Made by a program: the position numbers and the translations under genes. A stretch of DNA of 64,000 nucleotides from Lentisphaerota bacterium (GTDB taxonomy: Bacteria > Verrucomicrobiota > Lentisphaeria > Victivallales > Victivallaceae): NCBI GenBank assembly GCA_015061775.1, contig SUVY01000002.1:12157-76156 (forward strand), written 5' to 3'. The notes beneath the pieces are model-generated. The model worked only from the letters and a program-made list of their open reading frames with translations, did no database searches and was not told the DNA's origin. This document shows positions 6,853 through 15,021 of this stretch, in pieces. Positions within the stretch are counted from its first letter, which is position 1, and every line of letters starts with the position of its first letter.

Positions 6853-9352
6853 AAGACTCCTGACCGCTTCCGCGCTGCTGTTCTGCGCCGCAGTTTTTTC
6901 CGCGAAGAACGATATATCTGACCTGCGCGGACTTGCGCTCAACAACGCAAAAATTCCGGTTTACGACAGCCAGAAGCGCATCCAGATGATGACCTTCGTG
7001 GACAATGCTGTCCGTGAAGGAAAAATCATCGTCGGAAAAAACACCGTACTTGACATTATCAAAAAAGGCAGCAACGTCGATGTCATCGGCGACGCATGGC
7101 AGATTAAATACTATTCTCTGAAAGCCGGACTCGGAGATGTCTTCTCGTTCTGGTTTCCGCGCAACTCCTACAGCGAAGGAGTTGTCATCACAGGCAAAGC
7201 CAATATCGATCAGGACAACAACCGGGCATTCGGAACGGCTCCGGTATTCTTCCGCTCCCCGATGATCGACCTCGATGGAATCGGTTTTGATGTCAACTTC
7301 AAAAACCGCACGATCCAGGTCAACAATGAAGTGCAGCTCGTGTTGCGTACTGCGGCGAGCGATCCGCGGAAACTCACTGAAGAGAGTATCAAAAAGACCG
7401 ATTACGGCTTTGTAAGAGCCTTCTCTGATTCGCTTCTTATCGACATTGAACACGATCAGATCATGCTTATCGGAAGCGTCAAAGTCATCGACCGCACATC
7501 AGTGCTGACCTGTGACCGCCTGACCATCTTCCTCGACCGTGAAGAGCAGGCAAAAAAATCTGACAAGAAGGATAAAAAAATCCAGACTGGAGTTCCCCTT
7601 GAAGGCGACAAAGGTGTTTCCCGCATTCTTGCCGACGGTAATGTCGTCATCACAAATGGAGAGGGATCTGAGGTACAGAGAGCTGTTTCAGACCACCTGG
7701 TTTACGATGTCAAACTCGGAATCTTCTCTTTCTACGGAGACTCCGAAAATCCGCGTTTTGAGCAGAAACAGGATGTCGTAAGCGGCAAAAACATCATCAT
7801 CTACCGCGAAGAACAGCAGATACGTATAATCGGCGACTGCAGCATCAAAAGCCGCGCCGAAACAGGAGCTCTGCGTCACATAACTTCCGAGCGCGGAGAT
7901 ATTGATTTCAAAATCAACCGCGGAGCCTTTGACGGCAACGTGAAAGTGCGCGATGGAAAAATGGTCATCAGCGGTCCGAGAGCCAATCTTGAAATGTCAA
8001 ATGTTCCGGAAAAACAGGAAGCAAAAAAGAATACCACGGCAAAAAAACAGCAGGATCGTATGCTTCCCGGCTCGGTGACATCAAGCGATATGGGGGGCTC
8101 CCGCCAGCTCGACAGAGTTGAATTTCCCTGCGGAATCAGAGTACAGGATTTCAGCTCTTCCAAAGATAAACCGCTCGACCTCACCAGCGAGATCGGAGTT
8201 TACAACGCAAAGACAAAACACATCGACTTCGAGCGCAACGTAAGACTGCTCGACAGCCAGATGACCCTCAATGCCGGAAAACTGAGAATCAAACTCGACG
8301 AAAAAGCCGATCCCAAATCCGGCAGCGGCAACGTTGACCGCATCTACTGTTCCGGAGGTGTCAAAATCGTCGGCTCAGGCGAAAATGCCGGAACCCTCAC
8401 TGCCAAACGCGGAGTTTTCCTCTACAAAAAAGATCAACTCATCTTCAACGACAATGTTCATCTGGTCAATAAGAAATCCAAACTTGACTGCGACCAGCTT
8501 GACCTTTTCCTCAGCAATTCAAAGAAACCCGGAACCACCCAGACCGGAATCGTCGGTGTCGGCGGCAGCAACAAGGTGCTGACCAAAGCTGTTGCTACCG
8601 GAAAACGGGTGGAAATGACCGATCCGCAGGGCAAAGTGATCACCAAACATCTGGTCATGCATTTCGAGGAAATTCCGGATGGAGCGAAAGCAACTCCCGG
8701 AATGCTTCAGTCCGGTTCAAGCCGAGTCACCTGGATCGCCTGCAACGGCGGAGTACGTCTCGAAAGTTATCCCTCAAAGGGCGATGTCGGAGCCTCTTCC
8801 GGATTGCTCGGCAAGTCCAGCGGAAAACGCACTGTTCTTGCCAGACGCACCGAAACCGATCTCAAGCGCAATGTCGCGCGTCTGTTTGACAAAGTGTCTC
8901 TCTTCGATGACGGCAACCGTCTCGATTGCGAGAAGATGACTCTCTATGCCGACGCTCCGGACAAAGAGATCAAAAAGGTTGACGATCCGGATGCAGATCC
9001 GTTTGAACTCGGAACTGCTGAAGACGGCATTCCCGGCAAAATCATGCTCAATCCCGATTTGGAACTCAAACGCGTATTCTGCGAAAAGAACGTTGTACTC
9101 AGCACCATCGAAAACACAAATACCTTCCGCGCCGGAGGCGATACCGGAGAGTATCTCTCTTCCACCCGCAAGCTGGTCATCAACAGCCTGCGTCCGCGCC
9201 GCACCTGGCTCAGCGGTCAGGGAAGAAGACAATGGTGTGACAAAATTATTTACGATATGGCAAAGGACAGCTTCTACGGCGTAAATCCCTCGGAAACTGA
9301 GGTGGAAGAGTTGATTTTGCCCGCAGAACAGAAAAAAAAGAAAAAAATTTGA
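6839..9352 (+). CDS. Large secreted/anchored protein made of tandem LptA/OstA-like (LptC/LptA-type) modules
   Basis: 837 aa, overlapping the kdsA 3' end by 14 nt. It has an N-terminal signal/anchor (LLTASALLFCAAVFSA). LptA-like strand signatures recur (LTCDRLTIFLD, SDHLVYDVKLGIFSFYGD, LNAGKLRIKLD, LDCDQLDLFLS, LDCEKMTLYAD, CDKIIYDMAKDSFYG), separated by Lys-rich linkers. It lies immediately upstream of lptB. Confidence 0.6.
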   Translation: MICSKRLLTASALLFCAAVFSAKNDISDLRGLALNNAKIPVYDSQKRIQMMTFVDNAVREGKIIVGKNTVLDIIKKGSNVDVIGDAWQIKYYSLKAGLGDVFSFWFPRNSYSEGVVITGKANIDQDNNRAFGTAPVFFRSPMIDLDGIGFDVNFKNRTIQVNNEVQLVLRTAASDPRKLTEESIKKTDYGFVRAFSDSLLIDIEHDQIMLIGSVKVIDRTSVLTCDRLTIFLDREEQAKKSDKKDKKIQTGVPLEGDKGVSRILADGNVVITNGEGSEVQRAVSDHLVYDVKLGIFSFYGDSENPRFEQKQDVVSGKNIIIYREEQQIRIIGDCSIKSRAETGALRHITSERGDIDFKINRGAFDGNVKVRDGKMVISGPRANLEMSNVPEKQEAKKNTTAKKQQDRMLPGSVTSSDMGGSRQLDRVEFPCGIRVQDFSSSKDKPLDLTSEIGVYNAKTKHIDFERNVRLLDSQMTLNAGKLRIKLDEKADPKSGSGNVDRIYCSGGVKIVGSGENAGTLTAKRGVFLYKKDQLIFNDNVHLVNKKSKLDCDQLDLFLSNSKKPGTTQTGIVGVGGSNKVLTKAVATGKRVEMTDPQGKVITKHLVMHFEEIPDGAKATPGMLQSGSSRVTWIACNGGVRLESYPSKGDVGASSGLLGKSSGKRTVLARRTETDLKRNVARLFDKVSLFDDGNRLDCEKMTLYADAPDKEIKKVDDPDADPFELGTAEDGIPGKIMLNPDLELKRVFCEKNVVLSTIENTNTFRAGGDTGEYLSSTRKLVINSLRPRRTWLSGQGRRQWCDKIIYDMAKDSFYGVNPSETEVEELILPAEQKKKKKI

Positions 9353-9371
9353 AAAAATTTGCATTTCCGAC

Positions 9372-9400
9372 TTGAATGAAGTGCAAAGTGTGTGTATAAT
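9372..9400 (+). promoter_or_regulatory. Sigma70-type promoter for lptB-hpf
   Basis: TTGAAT (9372-9377), a 17-nt spacer, then TATAAT (9395-9400). Confidence 0.5.
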
Positions 9401-9457
9401 AAAGTTAGAGAGAGCTGAGGTGAAACAAGCTCAGCTCCTGGAAAGATTGGATTGACA

Positions 9458-10198
9458 ATGGCAGAGATCGCACAACAGGAACTGGTAAAAGCCACTGATC
9501 TGGTAAAAATATATCACGGCCGCCGCGTAGTGAGCGGAGTCTCCCTCTCGGTGAACGCCGGCGAGATCGTCGGTCTGCTCGGCCCCAACGGTGCCGGTAA
9601 GACCACGAGCTTCTACATGGTCATGGGACTGATTCGCCCAGATGAAGGCAGCGTGACCTTCAGAGGTGTGGATGTCACCCATACTCCGATGTATAAGCGC
9701 GGTAGAATGGGCATGGGATATCTCGCCCAGGAGCCGTCGATTTTCCGAAAACTTACCGTAGAAGAGAACGTCATGGCAATCCTTGAGACGCTTGATATGA
9801 CCGCAAAAGAGCGCAAAGACCGACTCGAAGAGCTGCTTGAAGAACTGGATCTTGCGAGACTTCGCAAACAGAAGGCAATGACTCTTTCAGGAGGTGAACG
9901 CCGCCGTCTCGAAATCACCCGTTCACTTGTTACCAACCCTAATTTTATAATGCTTGACGAACCATTCAGCGGAGTCGATCCGCTGGCGGTCCACGAAGTA
10001 CAGCAGATCATATTGAAGCTCAAAACCAGGAATCTCGGTATCCTCATAACTGACCACAACGTGCGCGAAACACTCGAAGTGGTCGATCGGGCGTACCTGA
10101 TGTTCCAGGGCAGAATCCTTGTCGAGGGACCAAGCGAATTCCTCATCAAAGATCCCAAGGCAAGGGAGGTCTATCTGGGCGAAAGCTTCAAGATGTAA
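9458..10198 (+). CDS. lptB: LPS export ABC transporter ATP-binding protein
   Basis: Near full-length collinearity with E. coli LptB ([63 protein letters not shown]). ATG 9458 is preferred over the ORF-track TTG at 9452. Confidence 0.9.
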   Translation: MAEIAQQELVKATDLVKIYHGRRVVSGVSLSVNAGEIVGLLGPNGAGKTTSFYMVMGLIRPDEGSVTFRGVDVTHTPMYKRGRMGMGYLAQEPSIFRKLTVEENVMAILETLDMTAKERKDRLEELLEELDLARLRKQKAMTLSGGERRRLEITRSLVTNPNFIMLDEPFSGVDPLAVHEVQQIILKLKTRNLGILITDHNVRETLEVVDRAYLMFQGRILVEGPSEFLIKDPKAREVYLGESFKM

Positions 10199-10250
10199 TG
10201 TGACACGTACTGCAGGGAATGAGTCCCGCAGAGAAAATGGAGGTGTATAT

Positions 10251-10595
10251 ATGGCCATCACTATCAACGCACGTCAGTTTACCGTAACTCCGGATATCCG
10301 CGCCCATGTGGAAAGCGCGCTTGCTCCCGTGATCGAAGATCAGGTGCTCAAAGTGTCATCGGCAAACGTGGTGCTTGATTATGAAAACAAACAGTTCACC
10401 GCAAGTCTGGTTGTCAACTGCAAGTTTCATGTCTTCACTGCCAAAACCACCGATTTCGACTGCTTCAAAGCATTCGATATGGCGTATGACAAAGTCTGCG
10501 CGCAGCTAAAAACGCTCCGCGACAAGATCACATCACACAAGGGAGAACCCCTGTCGGAAGCTGAAATAAAGAAAGCTGCCCAGGATCTCGCATAA
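10251..10595 (+). CDS. hpf: Ribosome hibernation promoting factor (short HPF/YfiA type)
   Basis: Start set at ATG 10251, with GGAGGTG 6 nt upstream; the ORF-track start at 10119 lies inside lptB. MAITINARQFTVTPDIRAHVE... and the position downstream of lptB both fit HPF. Confidence 0.85.
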   Translation: MAITINARQFTVTPDIRAHVESALAPVIEDQVLKVSSANVVLDYENKQFTASLVVNCKFHVFTAKTTDFDCFKAFDMAYDKVCAQLKTLRDKITSHKGEPLSEAEIKKAAQDLA

Positions 10596-10618
10596 CACTC
10601 AAACAATCACAAACCACA

Positions 10619-10650
10619 GCGGAGACGGCGCAAAGCCTCTCCGCTTTTTT
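10619..10650 (+). terminator. Rho-independent terminator after hpf
   Basis: GCGGAGA(C)GGC-gcaaa-GCCTCTCCGC, followed by TTTTTT. Confidence 0.75.
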
Positions 10651-10663
10651 ACGGGGTAAAAAC

Positions 10664-10954
10664 ATGGTAATAGCTGTATCCACCGAATGGGGTGAAAACT
10701 TCGACCGTTTCGTCTATTACAGAATAGAATCCGGAAACGTGAGGGAAAGAGAAGAGGTCAGAGTTGCTCCGGGCGGAGCAAAAGAGTTCGCAAGCCAGCT
10801 CAACGGATTGGAAGCCGATCTGCTTATAGCCTGCAAAGTTCCTCAGGCTCTCTGCGACGCCCTTGAGGAAGCCGGAGTCATCCTTATTCAGGGCAAGACC
10901 GGAAGAGCTGACAGCATCCTCAAGTCATACCTTGCCGGAGAGATGTTTTTTTAA
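10664..10954 (+). CDS. NifB/NifX-family (dinitrogenase FeMo-cofactor-binding-like) small protein
   Basis: 96 aa. The pattern I.V......F....F.Y.IE.G.V...E......G......L...EADLLI.......L...L.EAGV..I.G..G.AD..L..YL.GE is typical of this small domain family. Confidence 0.5.
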   Translation: MVIAVSTEWGENFDRFVYYRIESGNVREREEVRVAPGGAKEFASQLNGLEADLLIACKVPQALCDALEEAGVILIQGKTGRADSILKSYLAGEMFF

Positions 10955-10973
10955 CAAAATCTTATAAATATAC

Positions 10974-11002
10974 TTGTTTTAATCGCTGACGGACGCTATA
11001 TT
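10974..11002 (+). promoter_or_regulatory. Candidate promoter for the DUF1846 gene
   Basis: TTGTTT, a 17-nt spacer, then TATATT. Confidence 0.35.
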
Positions 11003-11053
11003 AAACAGGTTTGAGATGCAATAAATTCCAAAGAGAAAGAGACAGTTATTAAA

Positions 11054-12568
11054 ATGAAGACCGGTTTCGACAGCGACAAGTATTTGAGAGAACAATCAGA
11101 GGCGATCCTCGAGCGTGCCGCAAAGTTCGGTGACAAACTCTATCTTGAGTTCGGCGGCAAACTTATCTGTGACTTCCACGCAGCACGCGTCCTGCCGGGA
11201 TTTGATCCCGATGCCAAAATCAAACTGCTTCAACGTCTCAAAGACAAAGTCGATATCATCATCTGCATCCATGCCGGAGCCATTGAAGAGAAGAAAATGC
11301 GCGCCGATTTCGGAGTATCATACGATATCGACACGATGCGCACCATCGACGATCTGCGCACGTGGGGACTTGATGTCCGCGCAGTCGTAGTCACCCGCTA
11401 CTGCGACCAGCCGGCAGTCAAAGTGTTTCTCAACCGTCTGAAACGCAGAGGAATCAAGGTCTATACCCACCGTCCCATTGATGGATATCCAACTGATATC
11501 GACACCATCGCAAGCGACCGCGGTTACGGAGCTAATGCCTATATCGAAACTGAGCGTCCGATCGTGGTCGTTACCGGTCCCGGTCCCAACTCAGGCAAGA
11601 TGGCAACCTGTCTCAGTCAGGTCTATCACGAATACAAACGCGGAATCAAGGCTGGATACGCCAAATTTGAGACCTTCCCCGTCTGGAACCTTCCGCTCAA
11701 ACACCCTGTAAACCTCGCCTACGAAGCCGCTACTGCCGACCTTGGAGACGTCAATATGGTCGATCCCTTCCAGCTTGAAGCACGCAATGAGATGACGGTC
11801 AACTACAATCGCGACGTTGAAATTTTTCCGGTGGTACGCAGAATCTGTGCTCGTATCATGGCTCCGGAACAGCTCTATGTCTCTCCGACGGAAATGGGAG
11901 TCAACCGGGTAGGTTTTGCCATCACCGACGATCAAGCTGTACGTGAGGCTGCTCTTCAGGAAATCATCCGCCGTTACTTCAGAGCCTCATGTGATTATGC
12001 CATGGGAGACTGCGACAAAGAGACTGCCGACCGCATAAAGCTCCTTATGGATGAACTCGGAGTGAACGACACCGACCGTAAAGTGGTGCTTCCGGCACGC
12101 AAGGCGGCTGAACTTGCTTCTAAACAGCCAGACAAAGGCAGCGACAACATCTATTGCGGAGCTGCTATCGAACTCGCGGACGGAACTATCATTACCGGCA
12201 AAAATTCTCCGCTGCTCCATGCGGCATCAAGCTGTGTACTCAATGCTATAAAATACCTTGCCGGACTTCCGGACAGTTTGCCTCTGCTCTCAGACAATGT
12301 GCTTGAGTCTGTAGGAAAACTCAAGAAGGAGGTTTTCCGCAACCGCCAGATCAGTCTTTCACTCAACGAGACACTGGTCGCGCTGAGCGTTTCAGGTCCC
12401 GCAAACCCGGCGGCGAGAATGGCGATGGCAATGCTTCCAGAGCTCGACGGATGCGAGATGCACACCAGCCATATTCCCGCGACAGGAGATGACCTTGGAT
12501 TGCGGAGACTCGGAATCCATCTCACCAGCGATCCGCAGTTCACCAGCCGCAACCTCTTCATGGAGTAA
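11054..12568 (+). CDS. DUF1846 / UPF0371 family protein
   Basis: 504 aa. The opening F.S.KYL.EQ...I.ER...F..KLYLEFGGKL..D.HA.RVLPGF.PD.K and the overall length match UPF0371. The family's function is unknown. Confidence 0.8.
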   Translation: MKTGFDSDKYLREQSEAILERAAKFGDKLYLEFGGKLICDFHAARVLPGFDPDAKIKLLQRLKDKVDIIICIHAGAIEEKKMRADFGVSYDIDTMRTIDDLRTWGLDVRAVVVTRYCDQPAVKVFLNRLKRRGIKVYTHRPIDGYPTDIDTIASDRGYGANAYIETERPIVVVTGPGPNSGKMATCLSQVYHEYKRGIKAGYAKFETFPVWNLPLKHPVNLAYEAATADLGDVNMVDPFQLEARNEMTVNYNRDVEIFPVVRRICARIMAPEQLYVSPTEMGVNRVGFAITDDQAVREAALQEIIRRYFRASCDYAMGDCDKETADRIKLLMDELGVNDTDRKVVLPARKAAELASKQPDKGSDNIYCGAAIELADGTIITGKNSPLLHAASSCVLNAIKYLAGLPDSLPLLSDNVLESVGKLKKEVFRNRQISLSLNETLVALSVSGPANPAARMAMAMLPELDGCEMHTSHIPATGDDLGLRRLGIHLTSDPQFTSRNLFME

Positions 12569-12573
12569 CTGTC

Positions 12574-14082
12574 TTGGATAAAGTGCGTCAGCAAACGCTT
12601 CTGCGCTGCGGTATCATCGCAGTTCTGCTTTCGGCCCTCGCAGTGCGTATGCTGCTGTTTTACCGCAGTCTGCAATATGATGAGTTGTGGAGCTGGCAAT
12701 TCTTTGCTCCGCTGGGCATAAAACAGATCCTCTTTGATCTCTCTCTTCCAAACAATCATCCGGTCAATACGCTGTTTATCAAGATTATAAGCGCGATAAC
12801 AGATGACTTGTTTGCCATACGGATTTTTTCGCTGATTTGCTCAATGGCAATGATTCCAGCTGTGTATTTTGCAGTTTCCGTTTGGAGCGATGACCGCAAA
12901 ACAGGTATTTTTTCCGCGCTGTTCTGTGTATTTTCTGCTCCATTTATCGTTTACAGCACGCTCGCTCGCGGATATATGCCGCAGGCGTTTTTCTTCGCGC
13001 TGACTGCGGCAGGAATGGCGTGTTTCAGCGAAAAATATGTTGTGAAACACTCTATTACAGGAGCAGTTCTGGTACTGGCAGGAGGAATAGGAACCATCCT
13101 CAGCGTTCCAACAGGAATAGTCTTTCTTGCCGGACTTGCCGCAGCCTGCCTTATACGCTGCCGGAAAATGCCTCCGCGCCCGCTCATTGCTGTGCTGGGT
13201 TGCGGTGCAATCATTGCAGCGGCTTACTATCTTGCCATTTACAAAGACCTCACAACTGCAACAAAATGGAGTATAGCAACACCTCCTCTCATTCAAGCTG
13301 CAAACATACTGGCAAAGACTGCAGCAGGAGCTGTACTTGCCTCCATTACGGCGGCAATCATATCGCCCTGGAAAACCCTTCCGCTGTTTGTAATTCCGGC
13401 AATCGTTCTGCTGTCTGGAGTTTTCACTGGTTTCGGTCCTGAACGCACATACATAATCTTTGCGGGAGTCTTTGCTGTCACAGCCGCCATAACTGCCGCC
13501 CGTTTTGCGGACAGAAAAAACTGGCTGCTCTCCGGAGCTGTTGTTCTGCTTTTTGCCGCAGGACAGATTTACAACGTAAAAAACTACATCCTTCCAGATT
13601 GGAAATCAGCAGACGTACCAACCTATAACACTACAACCATCTGTGTCTATCCGGCAAACAGCGGTTATCCCATACTCTGGAATCACGGAGAAGAATTCCT
13701 GAACAAATACCATGCCAATGTCGGAAAAAGCTATCTTGACTCGATCAGAGTATATGCTCCGCAGGGGGTATTCAACGGAATGGACTCTTCTTTCGGTGAA
13801 AAAAGTGTTGCAACAACTCTCAAAGGAACTCCGGGCAACGACCACGTACTCGGAACTTACCACACATATAAACTTGAACCATATTCAGAGAAAAACAGTT
13901 TGGAAAAGGCTTTTATCATCGCATATCCGAAGTCTCTATACAAATTTCCCGCTCCGGAAAACTCCCTGCGCCTCAATCCATGGTTCGAGCAGAGCACAGA
14001 CCGTACTGGAAGCTGCGCCCTCTATTTCTCAACAACACCGCCCTCCCCTGATTGCGGAGGATATATTTTTGTCATTAAATAA
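12574..14082 (+). CDS. Polytopic GT-C-fold glycosyltransferase (ArnT/PMT-like, GT39/GT83 type)
   Basis: 502 aa with a TTG start. About 10 hydrophobic helices follow an early loop carrying a DE motif (SLQYDELWSW), then a C-terminal soluble domain. Confidence 0.6.
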   Translation: MDKVRQQTLLRCGIIAVLLSALAVRMLLFYRSLQYDELWSWQFFAPLGIKQILFDLSLPNNHPVNTLFIKIISAITDDLFAIRIFSLICSMAMIPAVYFAVSVWSDDRKTGIFSALFCVFSAPFIVYSTLARGYMPQAFFFALTAAGMACFSEKYVVKHSITGAVLVLAGGIGTILSVPTGIVFLAGLAAACLIRCRKMPPRPLIAVLGCGAIIAAAYYLAIYKDLTTATKWSIATPPLIQAANILAKTAAGAVLASITAAIISPWKTLPLFVIPAIVLLSGVFTGFGPERTYIIFAGVFAVTAAITAARFADRKNWLLSGAVVLLFAAGQIYNVKNYILPDWKSADVPTYNTTTICVYPANSGYPILWNHGEEFLNKYHANVGKSYLDSIRVYAPQGVFNGMDSSFGEKSVATTLKGTPGNDHVLGTYHTYKLEPYSEKNSLEKAFIIAYPKSLYKFPAPENSLRLNPWFEQSTDRTGSCALYFSTTPPSPDCGGYIFVIK

Positions 14083-14096
14083 AGGAGATATCTCAA

Positions 14097-14435
14097 ATGC
14101 CCTCGATCAAACTTGAAACATCTGCAGTCCTGACAAAAGACCAGGAAGCTGCTCTCGCGCTCGAAATCACCGATCTTTCAGCAGCCCTTCTCAACAAACC
14201 AATAGAAGTTATTCAAGTCCGCATAGAAAGCAATGTCACCATCTCTTTCGGAGGAAAAGTTTCTCAAAACTCTGCATTCCTCTCTATCGCCATGATAGGA
14301 AATATCTCTCCTGATGTACGCCCAACCCTTCCGGAAAAATTCGCATCAATGCTTTCAAAATACGGAATAGATAAAAAACAACTCTTCCTCAACTATACAG
14401 AAACTCCGTTTGAAGCCTGGGGATGGTGCGAATAA
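14097..14435 (+). CDS. MIF / phenylpyruvate tautomerase-like protein
   Basis: 112 aa beginning MP (the catalytic Pro-1 after Met removal). Length and beta-alpha-beta pattern fit the macrophage migration inhibitory factor/tautomerase superfamily. Confidence 0.6.
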   Translation: MPSIKLETSAVLTKDQEAALALEITDLSAALLNKPIEVIQVRIESNVTISFGGKVSQNSAFLSIAMIGNISPDVRPTLPEKFASMLSKYGIDKKQLFLNYTETPFEAWGWCE

Positions 14436-14476
14436 CTTTTCCACAGAAAACATATCTCTTATAAAAAACAACCGAA

Positions 14477-14513
14477 GGGGAATTTTCAAAACAAAAGAAA
14501 ATTCCCCTTTTTT
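14477..14513 (+). terminator. Rho-independent terminator after the MIF-like gene
   Basis: An 11-bp stem GGGGAATTTTC / GAAAATTCCCC with a 9-nt loop, followed by TTTTTT. Confidence 0.75.
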
Positions 14514-14610
14514 CTGCCACCAAAGTACAAAAAACAAAACAAAAAAAGCACGCAAACAATCGCGTGCCACCATTCCGGGGCGGCGACCAACGGAAGCCTC
14601 CAAAGAATCC

Positions 14611-14700
14611 CGTTTTTCTTGAAAGGTGAGAGGGGGTTCGGGGGAGAGCGGAAAACTTCTTTTTTCGAAAAAAGAAGTTTTCCGCTCTCCCCCGACTCCA
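14611..14700 (+). repeat. Degenerate core copy (A) of the same repeat family, containing a perfect 54-nt palindrome
   Basis: CGTTTTTCTTGAAAGGTGAGAGGGG... matches copy B positions 38951 onward. Positions 14640-14693 (GGGGGAGAGCGGAAAACTTCTTTTTTC|GAAAAAAGAAGTTTTCCGCTCTCCCCC) form a perfect palindrome, which I checked base by base. No recognisable TIRs remain. Confidence 0.7.
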
Positions 14701-14709
14701 ACCACCCAT

Positions 14710-15021
14710 TCAAAAAGTAACAGAGGTATTCTGGCGTCCGGCGTTTGCTCCGGATGGGTCGGAGGGGTTGAAGGGTTCCCAGTCGCCTGATGAGCCGTCG
14801 TCTTTGGAGAGGATCTCTATGCGATTTTCGAGTTTGGCGAGCTTGGAGCGGCAGAACTTGACAAGTTTACTGCCTTCCTCGTAAGAACTGATGAGTTTTT
14901 CGAGCGGAAGCTTACCGCTTTCCATAGCTGCAACGAGTTCTTCAAGTTTAGCCATCGCCTCTTCAAAAGAGAGTTCCTGAGAAGGAGTGTTCCGGGTATC
15001 CTGATCCATGATCAAATCCAA
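14710..15021 (-). CDS. xseB: Exodeoxyribonuclease VII small subunit, with a C-terminal extension
   Basis: The core FEEAMAKLEELVAAMESGKLPLEKLISSYEEGSKLVKFCRSKLAKLENRIEIL matches XseB. The alternative ATG at 15009 would avoid overlapping the ddh stop. Confidence 0.8.
   Translation of the reverse strand: MDLIMDQDTRNTPSQELSFEEAMAKLEELVAAMESGKLPLEKLISSYEEGSKLVKFCRSKLAKLENRIEILSKDDGSSGDWEPFNPSDPSGANAGRQNTSVTF

Noticed and set aside
12151-12759. A 202-aa minus-strand ORF across the DUF1846 / glycosyltransferase junction
   Set aside because: It is a shadow ORF spanning two well-supported plus-strand genes.
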